A stretch of DNA of 64,000 nt from an uncultured Chromatiales bacterium. Lineage in GTDB: Bacteria; Pseudomonadota; Gammaproteobacteria; DATFLL01. The notes under the pieces are model-generated. The model was not told the DNA's origin. It did no database searches and saw only the letters and a list, made by a program, of their open reading frames with translations. The position numbers and the translations under genes are program-made. This document shows, in pieces, positions 41,943-55,448 of the stretch. The stretch is from the NCBI GenBank assembly GCA_964561765.1, contig CAZLQI010000004.1, positions 121,585 through 185,584 of the forward strand, given 5' to 3'. How positions within the stretch are numbered: position 1 is the stretch's first letter; the number at the start of each line of letters is the position of its first letter.

Positions 41943-42515
41943 ATGAAACTACTGTTCGACTTCTTCCCCCTGTTATTATTCTTCGCCGCCTACAAATTTT
42001 ACGGCATCTACACCGCCACTGCGGTCGCAATAGCAGCCAGTGTGGCGCAGGTCAGCTATGCGCGGTGGCGACACGGTCGCATCGAAACCATGCACCTCAT
42101 CAGCCTCGGACTCATCGTCGTGCTGGGCGGGGCCACGCTGGTATTGCATAATGACATTTTCATCAAATGGAAGCCTACCGCTGTCGACTGGTTATTCTCC
42201 GCGGCCTTCCTGGGCAGTCAATGGTTCGGCGCCACGACCCTGACCGAGCGTATGCTGGGCAAGGCCATCACCGTACCCGCACCGATTTGGCGTCGGGTCA
42301 ATCTGAGCTGGGTGGTATTTTTCCTCTTCACTGGCGTCCTCAATCTGTATGTCGCCTTCTTCTACGCCGTGGACCTGGCTCCCAAAATCCGCACAGACAT
42401 CTGGGTGGATTTCAAAGTTTACGGCATACTGGCACTAACCCTGGTATTCATGTTTGCGCAAACCCTGTATCTGAGCCGCCACATGGCGCAAAACGACGAG
42501 GAAGAGACCGGTTAA
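41943..42515 (+). CDS. yciB: Inner membrane septation protein
   Basis: [29 protein letters not shown]. Confidence 0.95.
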   Translation: MKLLFDFFPLLLFFAAYKFYGIYTATAVAIAASVAQVSYARWRHGRIETMHLISLGLIVVLGGATLVLHNDIFIKWKPTAVDWLFSAAFLGSQWFGATTLTERMLGKAITVPAPIWRRVNLSWVVFFLFTGVLNLYVAFFYAVDLAPKIRTDIWVDFKVYGILALTLVFMFAQTLYLSRHMAQNDEEETG

Positions 42516-42817
42516 TGCTCTACGCCATCATCAGTGAAGACAATGCCGACAGCCTGGCGCGGCGCAAACAGGCCCGCTCTGCCCATCTTGCGCGCCTGCG
42601 TGTCCTGCAGGATGCCGGACGCTTGATTCTGGCCGGACCGCACCCGGCCATCGACACCGAGGAACCCGGCGAGGCCGGTTTCACCGGCAGCCTCATCATT
42701 GCCGAGTTCGCCTCTCAGGATGCGGCGCGCACCTGGGCCGATGCCGACCCTTATGTGGACGCGGGCGTCTATGCCCGTGTCACCGTCAAACCCTTCAAAC
42801 GAGTATTCCCGTCATGA
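42515..42817 (+). CDS. yciI: YciI family protein
   Basis: [26 protein letters not shown]...GVY. Confidence 0.95.
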   Translation: MLYAIISEDNADSLARRKQARSAHLARLRVLQDAGRLILAGPHPAIDTEEPGEAGFTGSLIIAEFASQDAARTWADADPYVDAGVYARVTVKPFKRVFPS

Positions 42818-43095
42818 CCGACCGTAGCGCACTGATCCGCGAACGCCTGACCGCCGCCTTGGCGCCAGTCAGCCTCGACATCGAGGACGACAGCCAAAAA
42901 CATGCCGGCCATGCCGGCGCCCGTAACGGCGGGGGTCATTTCAACATCCGCATCGTTGCCACCGCCTTTTCCGGTCAGAACCTGCTCCAGCGCCATCGCC
43001 TGGTCTACGACGCCCTGGCCGATGCCATGCACACGGAGATACACGCACTCAGCATCCAGGCTCATACGCCTGAAGAAACCCCTATCAACCCCTGA
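42814..43095 (+). CDS. bolA: BolA family protein
   Basis: [27 protein letters not shown]. Confidence 0.95.
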   Translation: MTDRSALIRERLTAALAPVSLDIEDDSQKHAGHAGARNGGGHFNIRIVATAFSGQNLLQRHRLVYDALADAMHTEIHALSIQAHTPEETPINP

Positions 43096-43138
43096 CGGCC
43101 GCATCAACTCAAGGCCATTTCACCGCAAGGAAACCACG

Positions 43139-43942
43139 ATGAAACTATCCCGTATCACACGTCTGCTCACCGGCGTCTGCATCCTGCTGGCCTCCGCCAG
43201 TGTGTATGCCGCCGACAATACCAACAAGGTCGTTGCCACTGTCAACGGCACACCGCTCACCCAGCGCACCGTTAATGAATATGTACAAATGCGCAAGGTG
43301 CGACAACCCAATGTGCAGATATCACACAACCAGGTCGTTGATGAACTGGTCAACAGCGAATTGCTCTACCAACAGGCGTTGAAGGAAAAGCTGGAAAACA
43401 AGGCCGATGTACGCCATGAACTCACGTTACAGCGCAAGAATGTCCTCATCACCGCGGCCCTGCGTGAGTACCTGCGCAAATCCCCCATTTCCAACGCCGA
43501 ACTAAAAAAAGAATATGACAAGCGTGTGGCCAACTCCAGCGTCAAGGAATACAAGGCCCGCCATATCCTGACCAAGACCAAGGCCGAGGCCGAGGCCGTC
43601 ATCGCTCAGCTCAACAAGGGTGCCAACTTCGCCAAACTCGCCAAGGAAAAATCCATCGGCCCCTCGGCCAAACAGGGAGGCGACCTTGGCTGGTTCACCG
43701 TCGACCGTATGGTGCCCGCGTTCTCGGCAGCCGTCGCCAAGCTCAAAAAAGGTGAATACACCAAGAAACCGGTCAAGACTCAGTTCGGTTGGCATGTCAT
43801 CCAGCTCGAAAACGAGCGCACGATGAAACCGCCAAAATTCGCCCAGGTCAAAGCCCAGCTTGCCAATCTGCTACGCAACCAACAGATCCATAGCTACATC
43901 GGGCAACTGCGCAAGCACGCCAAGATCATCATCAAGAAATAG
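43139..43942 (+). CDS. Periplasmic parvulin (PpiC-type) peptidyl-prolyl isomerase
   Basis: Signal peptide, ARHIL, FAKLAKEKS, GGDLGW, TQFGWHVI. Confidence 0.93.
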   Translation: MKLSRITRLLTGVCILLASASVYAADNTNKVVATVNGTPLTQRTVNEYVQMRKVRQPNVQISHNQVVDELVNSELLYQQALKEKLENKADVRHELTLQRKNVLITAALREYLRKSPISNAELKKEYDKRVANSSVKEYKARHILTKTKAEAEAVIAQLNKGANFAKLAKEKSIGPSAKQGGDLGWFTVDRMVPAFSAAVAKLKKGEYTKKPVKTQFGWHVIQLENERTMKPPKFAQVKAQLANLLRNQQIHSYIGQLRKHAKIIIKK

Positions 43943-44084
43943 GTTCGCACTACCGCGATGGGGGGGGGACTTCCCCCCCTCCACTCTGCATGCGACCACT
44001 CACACCGTGGGTGCCATGCGGCAGTGAGGCCCGGGTTGGGCTAGACTGCGCAAACAGCCTCCATTCCTGCAGGTAGACGCGGCC

Positions 44085-46643
44085 ATGACCGACACCAAGA
44101 CTGATCCCGATTCCATACTCGATCCCGGAATCGCCCTCGAACACCGCGTGTCCGACACCACACACAATCGATCGAAAGCGCGCCAGGCGGGATTTCTCTA
44201 TAGCGATCTCGGCCTGGACACACCGTCCATCAAACGCTCCATCACCGATCATCTGATCCATTCCGTGGGCAAGGACCCCTATATCGCCACGGGTCGCGAC
44301 TGGTACCACGCGCTGGCCTATGCCGTACGCGACCGCCTCATTGAACGCTGGACCAAGACCATGCGTGCCCACCAGAACAAGGACGCGAAACGGGTGTATT
44401 ACCTCTCAATGGAGTTTCTCATCGGTCGGCTGTTGGGCAACAGCCTTATCAACATGGGCATCAAGGACGAAAGCGAAGCGGCATTGCTTGATCTCGGCCT
44501 CAAGCTCGAAGCCCTGCAGGAAGAGGAAAATGATGCCGCCCTTGGCAATGGCGGTCTGGGTCGGCTGGCGGCATGCTATCTCGATACCATGGCTACCTTG
44601 CGCCTGCCCGGCTATGGATATGGCATCCGCTATGAATACGGCATGTTCCACCAACGCATCGAGAACGGATACCAGATAGAGCATCCCGACAACTGGCTGC
44701 GCTATGGCAACCCCTGGGAATATCCTCGCCCCGAGGTCCTGTACCCGGTCCGTTTCTACGGCAAGGTGATAGAATTTCGCAACGAGCACGGCCGCCTGTG
44801 CCACCACTGGGTGGATACCCAACAGGTGATGGCCATGGCCTACGATACCCCGATTCCGGGTTATGCGACGAATACGGTCAACAACCTCCGCCTGTGGTCC
44901 GCCAAGGCCACTCGGGATTTCAATCTCGGTTATTTCAATGTCGGCAACTATATCCAGGCCGTGCAGGAGAAGAATGAATCGGAGAATATCTCCCGCGTAC
45001 TGTATCCCGACGACACCACAGACATGGGGCGGGAACTGCGATTGAAGCAGGAATATTTCTTCGTCAGCGCCTCCATCCAGGATATTATCAATCGTTTTCG
45101 CCTCCAGCACGATGACTGGGCACTCTTCCCTGATCGGGCTGCCGTTCAACTCAATGACACGCACCCGAGCATCGCCATTGCCGAATTGCTCAGGCTCCTG
45201 CTCGATGAATACCACCTGGACTGGGAGTGCGCCTGGGACATCACCCGGCGAACTTTCTCCTACACCAACCATACACTCATGCCCGAGGCGCTGGAGACCT
45301 GGCGGGTTACGTTAATGCAACGGGTCTTGCCCCGGCATCTGCAAATCATCTATGAGATCAACCACCGCCTGCTCAAACACATCGCCCACCGTTTCCCCGG
45401 TGATGTCCAGCGCCTGCAACGCATGTCGCTCATCGACGAGACCCAGGGGCGGCGAGTACGCATGGCCCACCTGGCCATCGTCGGTTCACACCGTGTCAAC
45501 GGCGTGTCCGCAATTCACACCCGCATCATGCGCACCACTCTCATGGCCGACTTCGATGCGCTGGAGCCGGACAAGATCATCAACATCACCAACGGCGTCA
45601 CACCACGGCGCTGGCTGCTGCAAATCAACCCGGCACTCTCGGAGCTGATCTCCTCACACATAGGCCGGGGTTGGGTCACCGATCTCGAGCAGCTCACGCG
45701 ACTGGAGAAATTTGTCGCCGACGCCGCATTTCAGACCGCCTTCCATGAGGTCAAACACCGCAACAAGCGCTACCTCGCTGCGCTGATACAAAAGCATATG
45801 GGCTATACGGTAGACACCAACGCGTTGTTCGATGTGCAGATCAAACGCATCCATGAGTACAAGCGCCAGTTGCTCAATGCCCTGCATGTGGTCACGCTCT
45901 ACAATCGCGTATGCGACGGCGAAGACCTGCTCGCATCGCGGGTTGTGATCTTTGCCGGCAAGGCCGCACCCGGTTACTACCTGGCCAAACTCATTATCAA
46001 ACTCATCAATGACATCGCGGTCGTGGTCAATCACGACCCACGCACACGGGGACGTCTGCATGTCGTCTATATCCCCAATTACGATGTCTCGACCGCAGGT
46101 GACATCATCCCCGCCGCCGACCTCTCCGAGCAGATATCCACTGCCGGCACCGAGGCATCGGGCACCGGCAACATGAAACTGGCACTCAACGGGGCGCTGA
46201 CCATTGGCACCCTCGATGGCGCCAATGTCGAGATCGGCAAACAGGTCGGTGAGGACAATATCTTTATCTTCGGACACACCGCCGAACAGGTCGTGACCCT
46301 GCAGGCCGACGGCTACACCCCGCGCGAATACTACGAACGCGATCCTATGCTGCGCCGGGTGCTCGACATGATAGGCAGTGGTTATTTTTCACCGGCGCAA
46401 CCCAAGCGTTTCCATCCCATCCTCCACCGATTACTCGATGAGGGCGATCCGTATCTGGTGCTGGCCGACTACGCCGCCTACGTGGACTGCCAGCAACGTG
46501 CCGCCGCGCTCTACCAAGATACGCCAGACTGGACACGCCGGGCCACACTCAACGTCGCCCGGCTCGGTATGTTCTCCAGTGACCGTGCCATTCGGGAATA
46601 CGCCGAGCACATCTGGCACACCCAGCCCGTGGCCCTGGACTAA
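44085..46643 (+). CDS. glgP: Glycogen/maltodextrin phosphorylase
   Basis: LGNGGLGRLAAC, QLNDTHP, KRIHEYKRQ, EASGTGNMK. Confidence 0.97.
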   Translation: MTDTKTDPDSILDPGIALEHRVSDTTHNRSKARQAGFLYSDLGLDTPSIKRSITDHLIHSVGKDPYIATGRDWYHALAYAVRDRLIERWTKTMRAHQNKDAKRVYYLSMEFLIGRLLGNSLINMGIKDESEAALLDLGLKLEALQEEENDAALGNGGLGRLAACYLDTMATLRLPGYGYGIRYEYGMFHQRIENGYQIEHPDNWLRYGNPWEYPRPEVLYPVRFYGKVIEFRNEHGRLCHHWVDTQQVMAMAYDTPIPGYATNTVNNLRLWSAKATRDFNLGYFNVGNYIQAVQEKNESENISRVLYPDDTTDMGRELRLKQEYFFVSASIQDIINRFRLQHDDWALFPDRAAVQLNDTHPSIAIAELLRLLLDEYHLDWECAWDITRRTFSYTNHTLMPEALETWRVTLMQRVLPRHLQIIYEINHRLLKHIAHRFPGDVQRLQRMSLIDETQGRRVRMAHLAIVGSHRVNGVSAIHTRIMRTTLMADFDALEPDKIINITNGVTPRRWLLQINPALSELISSHIGRGWVTDLEQLTRLEKFVADAAFQTAFHEVKHRNKRYLAALIQKHMGYTVDTNALFDVQIKRIHEYKRQLLNALHVVTLYNRVCDGEDLLASRVVIFAGKAAPGYYLAKLIIKLINDIAVVVNHDPRTRGRLHVVYIPNYDVSTAGDIIPAADLSEQISTAGTEASGTGNMKLALNGALTIGTLDGANVEIGKQVGEDNIFIFGHTAEQVVTLQADGYTPREYYERDPMLRRVLDMIGSGYFSPAQPKRFHPILHRLLDEGDPYLVLADYAAYVDCQQRAAALYQDTPDWTRRATLNVARLGMFSSDRAIREYAEHIWHTQPVALD

Positions 46644-46684
46644 ATCTGGAACCGGAATTGTGTGTGGGGGGGGGGTACTTGACA

Positions 46685-48751
<2,067 letters not shown>

Positions 48752-49579
48752 TTATTCGCCGCGTTTTCCCAACTCAGCCATCTGCTGTTTGAAGCGAAAG
48801 GCCTCGACGCGTTCGCGCAAGTGGTTGACTGTTTGTGGCGTCAACACGCTGCGGGTCTCGTCACACAACTCGGCATTGAGCCCTTCGGCAAGCTGTCGGC
48901 CCTTGCTCAGTAAACGCTCGAAGGCGGCACGGCCCTCCAGCGGACCCGGCAGGTGCAGGAACAGGGTTAGGCCGGGCGAGGAAAAACGGTCCATCGTGTC
49001 CCGCTCAAAGGTGCCCGGCTCCAGGGCATTGGCCAGACTCAGAACCGGTGCTGGCGAAGCTGTCGCCAAATCTGCTGATGGCGCCACCACGAGGTCATGA
49101 AAGATGGCCCTGTCGCCGAGCTGGAAACCGGCCCGCGCCGTGGCAGCCAGAATGTCTGTGCCGTTCAACCGGCCTCCCTCCGCTGCCATGATGTGACACA
49201 CAATGATCAGCTCTTCGCCAGTGGGCGCACTGGTGCGCGGCGCAGTGGTATCGCTCGCGGTAGATTCCCCCGCTGCCATATCCCGAGCTTCATGCGCGTG
49301 TGCGCCCGCTTCATTGCCCCCGCGTGAGGGGCGCTGTTCGGCCACCAGATTGGAGAGACGGGCAAACTCCTCCTGCAGTGGCGCCTCACTGCCATCGGGC
49401 AGTACAGCGGCACTGCGATCGAGTTCGGGAATATCGTCCAGGGCCTCGCTCCGGGCCTCGAACAGTTCGCGCATTTCCTGCGTGCGTCGACGCTCCTGGC
49501 GGGCCTGGCGGTTGTAGAAGTAGATAACTGCTACCGCGATCACGCCGATGACAAGCAGGATCAAACGCAGTGCGTCCAT
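48752..49579 (-). CDS. zipA: Cell division protein ZipA-like
   Basis: N-terminal TM, linker, C-terminal NALEPGTF...GLTLFL domain; located between smc and ligA. Confidence 0.85.
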   Translation of the reverse strand: MDALRLILLVIGVIAVAVIYFYNRQARQERRRTQEMRELFEARSEALDDIPELDRSAAVLPDGSEAPLQEEFARLSNLVAEQRPSRGGNEAGAHAHEARDMAAGESTASDTTAPRTSAPTGEELIIVCHIMAAEGGRLNGTDILAATARAGFQLGDRAIFHDLVVAPSADLATASPAPVLSLANALEPGTFERDTMDRFSSPGLTLFLHLPGPLEGRAAFERLLSKGRQLAEGLNAELCDETRSVLTPQTVNHLRERVEAFRFKQQMAELGKRGE

Positions 49580-49630
49580 AGTATGTCCATGCGCATAGCC
49601 GTATGTATTCGTGTATTGCAGCCGTGGGGA

Positions 49631-52600
49631 TTACATCGCCGCCAGGGCCGCAGCCTCTTCCACATCCACCGCCACCAGACGCGACACCCCCGGCTCGTGC
49701 ATGGTCACACCGATGAGATGCTCGGCGATCTCCATCGTCACCTTGTTGTGCGTGATGAGGATGAACTGGGTGCGGTCCGACATCGCCTTGATCAGTCGGC
49801 AGACGTGTCCAACATTGGAATCGTCGAGTGGTGCATCGACCTCATCGAGGATACAAAACGGGGCCGGATTCAGTTCAAAGATGGCAAACACCAATGCCAC
49901 GGCAGTCAATGCCTTCTCGCCACCGGAAAGCAGATGAATGCTGCTGTTGCGCTTGCCGGGGGGGCGAGCCATGACCGTGACGCCGGTTTCGAGCAAATCA
50001 TCGCCGGTCAGCTCCAGGTAGGCATGACCGCCGCCGAACAGGCGCGGGAACATGGCCTGCATACCGGCGTTGACCCGATCATAGGTCTCCTTAAAGCGGG
50101 TGCGTGTCTCGCGGTCGATCTTGCGCATCGCATTTTCCAGCGTCGCCAGGGCATCGGTCAGGTCTGTATACTGGGCATCCAGATACTGCTTGCGCTGGGA
50201 CTGCTGCTCGTATTCGTCGATAGCGGCCAGATTGATCGGTCCCAACCGCTGGATGCGCCGCTCAAGCGCCTCGACCTGCTCACTCCAGCCCGCCTCCTCA
50301 GCCCCTTCCGGCATCGCTTCGAGCAAGGATTCGATCTCGAAACCGGATTCGGCGATCTGTTCCTGCAGGGTCTGGCGACGCACCTTGAGTTCCTGCCCAC
50401 TCATGCGGACCTGTTCGAGTTCACCGCGAATCCGCAACACCTGCTCTTCGGCCTCAACGCGTTCGCTGTCGAGTTCGCGCAGGCGCTGATCGATATCCTC
50501 CAGTCTGCCGCGTGCCGCGGCCAGCTCCACCTCGACCTGCATGCGCCGGGACAGGTGTTCCTCGAGTTCCTGTCCCATGGCCTTAATGGGATCATCACTC
50601 TCGGCCAATGCCACGCGCAGCGTCTCGCGTCGTTCGTCGAGCTGATCGAGCTGGTGCTGAGCCCGCTCCAGTCCCTGGCGCGTGGCATTCAACTCCGTGC
50701 GCAGGGTACCGGTTTTCAGGGCAAGCGCATGCGCTGCATCCCGCGCTGTGCGGGCCTGCGTGCGCACCGTATCGAGCCGTTCACGCAGGGCGCTGCGCTG
50801 CTGGGTCAGGGTCTCGCGTTGCCGGTCCAGACTGGCCATGCGTTCGATGGCCTCGTGCAGGCGCCCGCGCGCCATGATCACTTCTTCGTTATCGGCGCCG
50901 ATCTGCACCCTGGCCTCTTCCAGTTCGGCCTCCAGCTGAGTGCATCGGGACTGCACCTGCTCCAGACGCATCTGGCGGGTACTGAGGTCCGCACGCAAGC
51001 CGACCCGGGCCTGGTTGGCACGATTGCTGGCCGCCTGCGCCTCCTCGCGCTCGGCCTCAAGCGCAGAGAGCGCCTCGCGCCCATGCTCCAACTGCGCTTG
51101 CAGCGTGCCGGTCTCTTCGCTCAGGGTCGCAAGCGACTCATCGAGCTGCTTGCGCTCTTGCTCGCGGGCGATAACACCGCTGCGTTCGTCCTGATCACGT
51201 ACCACCCGCAGCCAGTCCCTGCCCATCCAGATGCCGTCACGGGTAATGATGGAATCACGCCCGGCCAGATGGGTGCGGCGCATCAGGGCCTCGTTGAGGG
51301 TCTCAGCGACGGACACGCCGCTCAACAACGAATCCAGCGCCCAAGGGGCCCGCACCTTGTCCAGCAAACCGGCATCGACAGATGCCGCTGCCGGGGAGGC
51401 AGTCTTCCCGGTAGTATCGAACAGGGTCAGGCTGCCCGCTGCCAGTTCGCCCAACAACTCGGTGACCGGGTCCATGCCATCAATGCAGACCGCCTCGAGG
51501 TTGGCACCGAGCACGCACTCCACGGCACGCTCCCAGCCCTGCTCCACCTCCAGTCCTTCGGCCAGACGCGGATGGGCATCGAGTTGCCGGCGCTCCAACC
51601 ACTGCTGCACCGCACCATCGCGTTTGCCTAGTGCGGCCTGTTGCAGGGCCTCCAGCGCGGCCTGACGCCCGCGCAGGGCTTGCAATCGACTGCGGGCCTC
51701 ATCCAGTCTGCTACTGGCACGGTGATTGTGGTCACGCTGCGCCGCAATGCGGGATTGCAATTCATCCAATCGTGTCTGGGCCTCCTCCACGCCGGCTTCG
51801 GCCTGCATGGCATGCACGCTAATATCGGCAATCTCCGCCTCAATCTGCACGGTGGACTGGGCACTCAACTCTTCCTGCATGCGCTCCAGACGCTGTTGTA
51901 GCTGCAGTATCTGCTGTTCGAGCTGACCAATGCGCGTGCGTTCGACCTCAGCGACACGGGCCGGTTCGCTGGCCTGGGCATTGAACTCATCCCAATGCAG
52001 TTGTCCGTCCTGCATCGTCTGTTCCGCATCAGCCTGGGCAGCGGCAGATACACGCTCGGTCTCCTGGGCAACACCCAAGGCCGGTTCGTTGTCCTGCAGT
52101 TCAGCCTCCAGCACATCAACACGCCGGTGCTCATTCTCCAGGTGTTCACGTGCCTCGCCACTCGTGCGATCGAGCAGTGTCAGGTCCTGCTGTTGTTGCT
52201 GGCAGCGCTCACGGGTGTGCTGGATACTCTGTTCCAGACGGGCAATGTCGGCACCGACGCTGTAAAATCGGCTCTGTGCGGTATTGAAGACCTCGGTGGC
52301 CTCCGCGTGCAGGTCACGATGCGTCTCGGTCTCCGCCTCGATAGCACGCTGGCGAGCCACCGCCGCCTCATAACCGGTCTCATGCTCACGGATACGCGTC
52401 TCCAGCTCACCGGCATGGCGGTTCAGGGACTGCCAGCGCAAGGCCTGCAACTGGGCGCGTACCAGGCGTTCCTCCTGCTTGAGCGCCTTGAACCGCTCTG
52501 CGGTGTGTGCCTGGCGCTGAAGATGCGCCAGTTGTTTGTCGAGTTCCTCGCGCAGATCATTGAGCCGGTCCAGATTTTCCCGCGTGTGACGAATACGGTT

Positions 52601-53143
52601 CTCAGTCTCGCGACGGCGCTCCTTGTACTTGGAGATACCCGCTGCCTCCTCGAAAAAGATCCGCAACTCCTCGGGCCTGGCCTCGATAATGCGCGAGATG
52701 GTGCCCTGCTCGATAATGGAGTAACTGCGCGGCCCCAAGCCGGTACCGAGGAAGATATCGGTGATGTCACGGCGCCGACAACGGGTCCCGTTGAGGTAAT
52801 AGCTCGACTGGCCGTCGCGCGTCACCAGACGCCTGACAGAGACCTCACCGTACTGGGCATATTGTCCACCCAGGGTAGCGTCGCTGTTGTCGAAGACCAG
52901 TTCGATGGAGGCCTGACCGACGGGTTTGCGTGACGTGGAGCCGTTAAAGATGACGTCCGCCATGGATTCACCACGCAAATACTTGGCCGAGGACTCGCCC
53001 ATGACCCAGCGCACGGCATCGATGATATTGGATTTACCGCAGCCATTGGGCCCGACCACGCCAATCAGGTTGCTGGGCAGGAGGATGGTCGTGGGGTCGG
53101 CGAAGGACTTAAATCCCGCGATTTTAATCTTTGTCAGGCGCAT
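49631..53143 (-). CDS. smc: Chromosome segregation protein SMC
   Basis: GFKSF, GPNGCGKSN, hinge, LSGGEK, LDEVDAPLD. Confidence 0.99.
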   Translation of the reverse strand: MRLTKIKIAGFKSFADPTTILLPSNLIGVVGPNGCGKSNIIDAVRWVMGESSAKYLRGESMADVIFNGSTSRKPVGQASIELVFDNSDATLGGQYAQYGEVSVRRLVTRDGQSSYYLNGTRCRRRDITDIFLGTGLGPRSYSIIEQGTISRIIEARPEELRIFFEEAAGISKYKERRRETENRIRHTRENLDRLNDLREELDKQLAHLQRQAHTAERFKALKQEERLVRAQLQALRWQSLNRHAGELETRIREHETGYEAAVARQRAIEAETETHRDLHAEATEVFNTAQSRFYSVGADIARLEQSIQHTRERCQQQQQDLTLLDRTSGEAREHLENEHRRVDVLEAELQDNEPALGVAQETERVSAAAQADAEQTMQDGQLHWDEFNAQASEPARVAEVERTRIGQLEQQILQLQQRLERMQEELSAQSTVQIEAEIADISVHAMQAEAGVEEAQTRLDELQSRIAAQRDHNHRASSRLDEARSRLQALRGRQAALEALQQAALGKRDGAVQQWLERRQLDAHPRLAEGLEVEQGWERAVECVLGANLEAVCIDGMDPVTELLGELAAGSLTLFDTTGKTASPAAASVDAGLLDKVRAPWALDSLLSGVSVAETLNEALMRRTHLAGRDSIITRDGIWMGRDWLRVVRDQDERSGVIAREQERKQLDESLATLSEETGTLQAQLEHGREALSALEAEREEAQAASNRANQARVGLRADLSTRQMRLEQVQSRCTQLEAELEEARVQIGADNEEVIMARGRLHEAIERMASLDRQRETLTQQRSALRERLDTVRTQARTARDAAHALALKTGTLRTELNATRQGLERAQHQLDQLDERRETLRVALAESDDPIKAMGQELEEHLSRRMQVEVELAAARGRLEDIDQRLRELDSERVEAEEQVLRIRGELEQVRMSGQELKVRRQTLQEQIAESGFEIESLLEAMPEGAEEAGWSEQVEALERRIQRLGPINLAAIDEYEQQSQRKQYLDAQYTDLTDALATLENAMRKIDRETRTRFKETYDRVNAGMQAMFPRLFGGGHAYLELTGDDLLETGVTVMARPPGKRNSSIHLLSGGEKALTAVALVFAIFELNPAPFCILDEVDAPLDDSNVGHVCRLIKAMSDRTQFILITHNKVTMEIAEHLIGVTMHEPGVSRLVAVDVEEAAALAAM

Positions 53144-53183
53144 AGCCGAGCAAGATACAAGATCAGCGTTCCACTATACAAGA

Positions 53184-53211
53184 TTGACATACACCAATTT
53201 CCATGCAGAAT
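53184..53211 (+). promoter_or_regulatory. Putative sigma70 promoter for queF
   Basis: TTGACA-N16-CAGAAT in the smc/queF divergent region. Confidence 0.4.
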
Positions 53212-53331
53212 CGCCACCTCCCGGTCTCAATGCGGCAGGCTCCAGCCGGGTGGACACACCGCACAACGACCGGTGAGCACCAATGAGACCACCTCTTGTC
53301 ACCCTGAGCCCGTCCCGGTATCTTCCCGCTC

Positions 53332-53721
53332 ATGAGCACACGACCCAGCAAAGACCTCGCCACCTTCGACAATCCAATGCCGGAACGCGACTATACCATC
53401 CGCATCGAGATCCCCGAATTCACCTGCCTGTGCCCCATGACCGGGCAGCCCGACTTTGCCACCCTGCACCTGGAATATGTACCCGATCAGCGCTGCGTGG
53501 AACTCAAAACCCTCAAGCTCTATGTCTGGTCCTACCGTGACGAGGGCGCCTTCCACGAGGCCGTCACCAACCGTATCCTTGATGACCTGGTCGCGGCCAC
53601 CGCACCACGTTTCATGCGCCTGCGCGCCGTGTTCAATGTCCGCGGCGGCCTCTACACCACAGTCGTGGCCGAACATCATCAACCCGACTGGACTCCACCC
53701 GCCACTGTCACTCTACCTTGA
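53332..53721 (+). CDS. queF: PreQ0 reductase (single-domain type)
   Basis: EFTCLCP.TGQPDF, VELKTLK, FHE, RGG. Confidence 0.96.
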   Translation: MSTRPSKDLATFDNPMPERDYTIRIEIPEFTCLCPMTGQPDFATLHLEYVPDQRCVELKTLKLYVWSYRDEGAFHEAVTNRILDDLVAATAPRFMRLRAVFNVRGGLYTTVVAEHHQPDWTPPATVTLP

Positions 53722-53869
53722 ATTCCGGACTCGGGACCGGAGACTAAGAGCTGAAAAGATCCAGGCCCTCGCGCTTGTCCCCACACCGTGCAGCCGCTAT
53801 CGTGACATCCATGCACACAGCGTACGCGTCGCACTGGACAATCGACAATGACGCCCGACACAGACTCAC

Positions 53870-55324
53870 GTGACCACCTCAATGCACGCTGAGACACCCC
53901 GCGACCTGTTCATCGGCATCGATCTCGGCACCTCCGGGTGCCGTGCCATTGCTATCGACCGCGACGCCCGGGTACTGGCCGAGGCCCGAGCCACGCTTTC
54001 GCCTCCCCAACGTCAGGGGTCAGCTGTGGAACAATCTCCCGCCCTGTGGTGGCTGGCCGTGCAGGCGGTATTGCGTTATCTGGTCCATCGGATCGATCCG
54101 CAGCGGGTCGTTGCCCTGGCCGTCGATGGCACCTCCGGGACCGTGCTGCACTGCAACGCGCAGGGCCACGTACTGGGACCCGCGTTGATGTACAACGATG
54201 CCCGCGCCCTCACCGAGGCCGAGCGCATCCGCTGCATCGCCCCCGCCGAGACCGCTGCCCATGGTCCCAGTGCCACACTGGCCAAGTTATTGTGGCTACA
54301 GGCGCATCGTCCCGCCCCACATCCCCACCAGACCCTCCACCAGGCCGACTGGCTGACCGGCTGCCTGAACGGTCGCTATGACACCACCGATACCAATAAC
54401 GCCCTCAAACTCGGCTACGATCCGCTCAGCGGGGCTTGGCCCGACTGGCTGGATACGCTCGGTGTGGATCGAACCAGCCTGCCCGGTGTCGTTGCACCCG
54501 GCACACCGCTCGCACCCCTGCTCACTGAGGTGGCCACGGCACTCGGTCTGCCCCGGGACGTCCTGGTGGTGGCCGGCACCACTGACAGCACCGCCGCCTT
54601 TCTCGCCACCGGCGTCTGCCGCACCGGGGACGCCGTGACCTCGCTGGGCTCGACCCTGGTGCTCAAGATCATCGCCGACCAGCCTGTGTTCGCCCCGCAA
54701 TACGGTGTCTACAGTCAACCATTGCCCGAATGCGACACCGCCAACCGCGTGGAAACCGCCCCGATGACAACCGTGCAGGGAAGCGAACCAGCGCACGTAT
54801 CAACGGCGGGTAAGCGCATGCGGCCCACTGCCGCCACCCCCTTGATACTGCAGCGCTGGCTGGTCGGTGGCAGCTCCAACACCGGCGGCGCCGTGCTGCG
54901 GCGTTTTTTCAACGACGCCGACCTCGTCCAGCTCAGCGCCCGGATGCAACCCGACATCCCCACCGGCCTGGACTACTACCCCTTGCCGGCGCCAGGCGAG
55001 CGCTTCCCGACCTGCAACCCGGACCTCGCCCCCCGTCTCACCCCGCGCCCGGACGACGACACCCGGTTTTTACAGGGCATGCTCGAGGGGATGGCACAGA
55101 TCGAGCAAACGGGTTACGTCCTGCTCGCCCGGCTGGGCGCCTCCTATCCGGGAGCAGTATGCACGGTTGGCGGTGGTGCCACCAATCCGGCCTGGACTCG
55201 ATTGCGTGCCCGGCAGCTGGACATACCGCTGCTCAGCGCGCGCCATCAGGAGGCCGCCTACGGGGTCGCGCTACTCGCCCGTACCGGTTATACACGTAAC
55301 CGGTCACCAGGCCCCGGCGCATGA
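53870..55324 (+). CDS. FGGY sugar kinase, D-ribulokinase-like
   Basis: GIDLGTSG, LAKLLW, NALKLGYD, GTTDS, TSLGSTLVLK, SNTGGAVL, DYYPL, EAAYG. Confidence 0.88.
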   Translation: MTTSMHAETPRDLFIGIDLGTSGCRAIAIDRDARVLAEARATLSPPQRQGSAVEQSPALWWLAVQAVLRYLVHRIDPQRVVALAVDGTSGTVLHCNAQGHVLGPALMYNDARALTEAERIRCIAPAETAAHGPSATLAKLLWLQAHRPAPHPHQTLHQADWLTGCLNGRYDTTDTNNALKLGYDPLSGAWPDWLDTLGVDRTSLPGVVAPGTPLAPLLTEVATALGLPRDVLVVAGTTDSTAAFLATGVCRTGDAVTSLGSTLVLKIIADQPVFAPQYGVYSQPLPECDTANRVETAPMTTVQGSEPAHVSTAGKRMRPTAATPLILQRWLVGGSSNTGGAVLRRFFNDADLVQLSARMQPDIPTGLDYYPLPAPGERFPTCNPDLAPRLTPRPDDDTRFLQGMLEGMAQIEQTGYVLLARLGASYPGAVCTVGGGATNPAWTRLRARQLDIPLLSARHQEAAYGVALLARTGYTRNRSPGPGA

Positions 55325-55448
55325 ACACGGTATTATCGCAGCGTGGTTTCGGTTTAAAGGGCACGCACCCATCAATATGGGCGCGCCTGCGGCTCACCAC
55401 CGGGTAGCCTTGTACCGAGAAACACACAAGCACATAAGGACACCCACT

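Noticed and set aside
49583-51631. 682-aa plus-strand ORF
   Set aside because: Antisense shadow of smc, typical of GC-rich codon bias; no motifs.
53144-53331. preQ1 riboswitch upstream of queF
   Set aside because: No AGAGGUUCUAG/CCCUCU-A-tract pattern.
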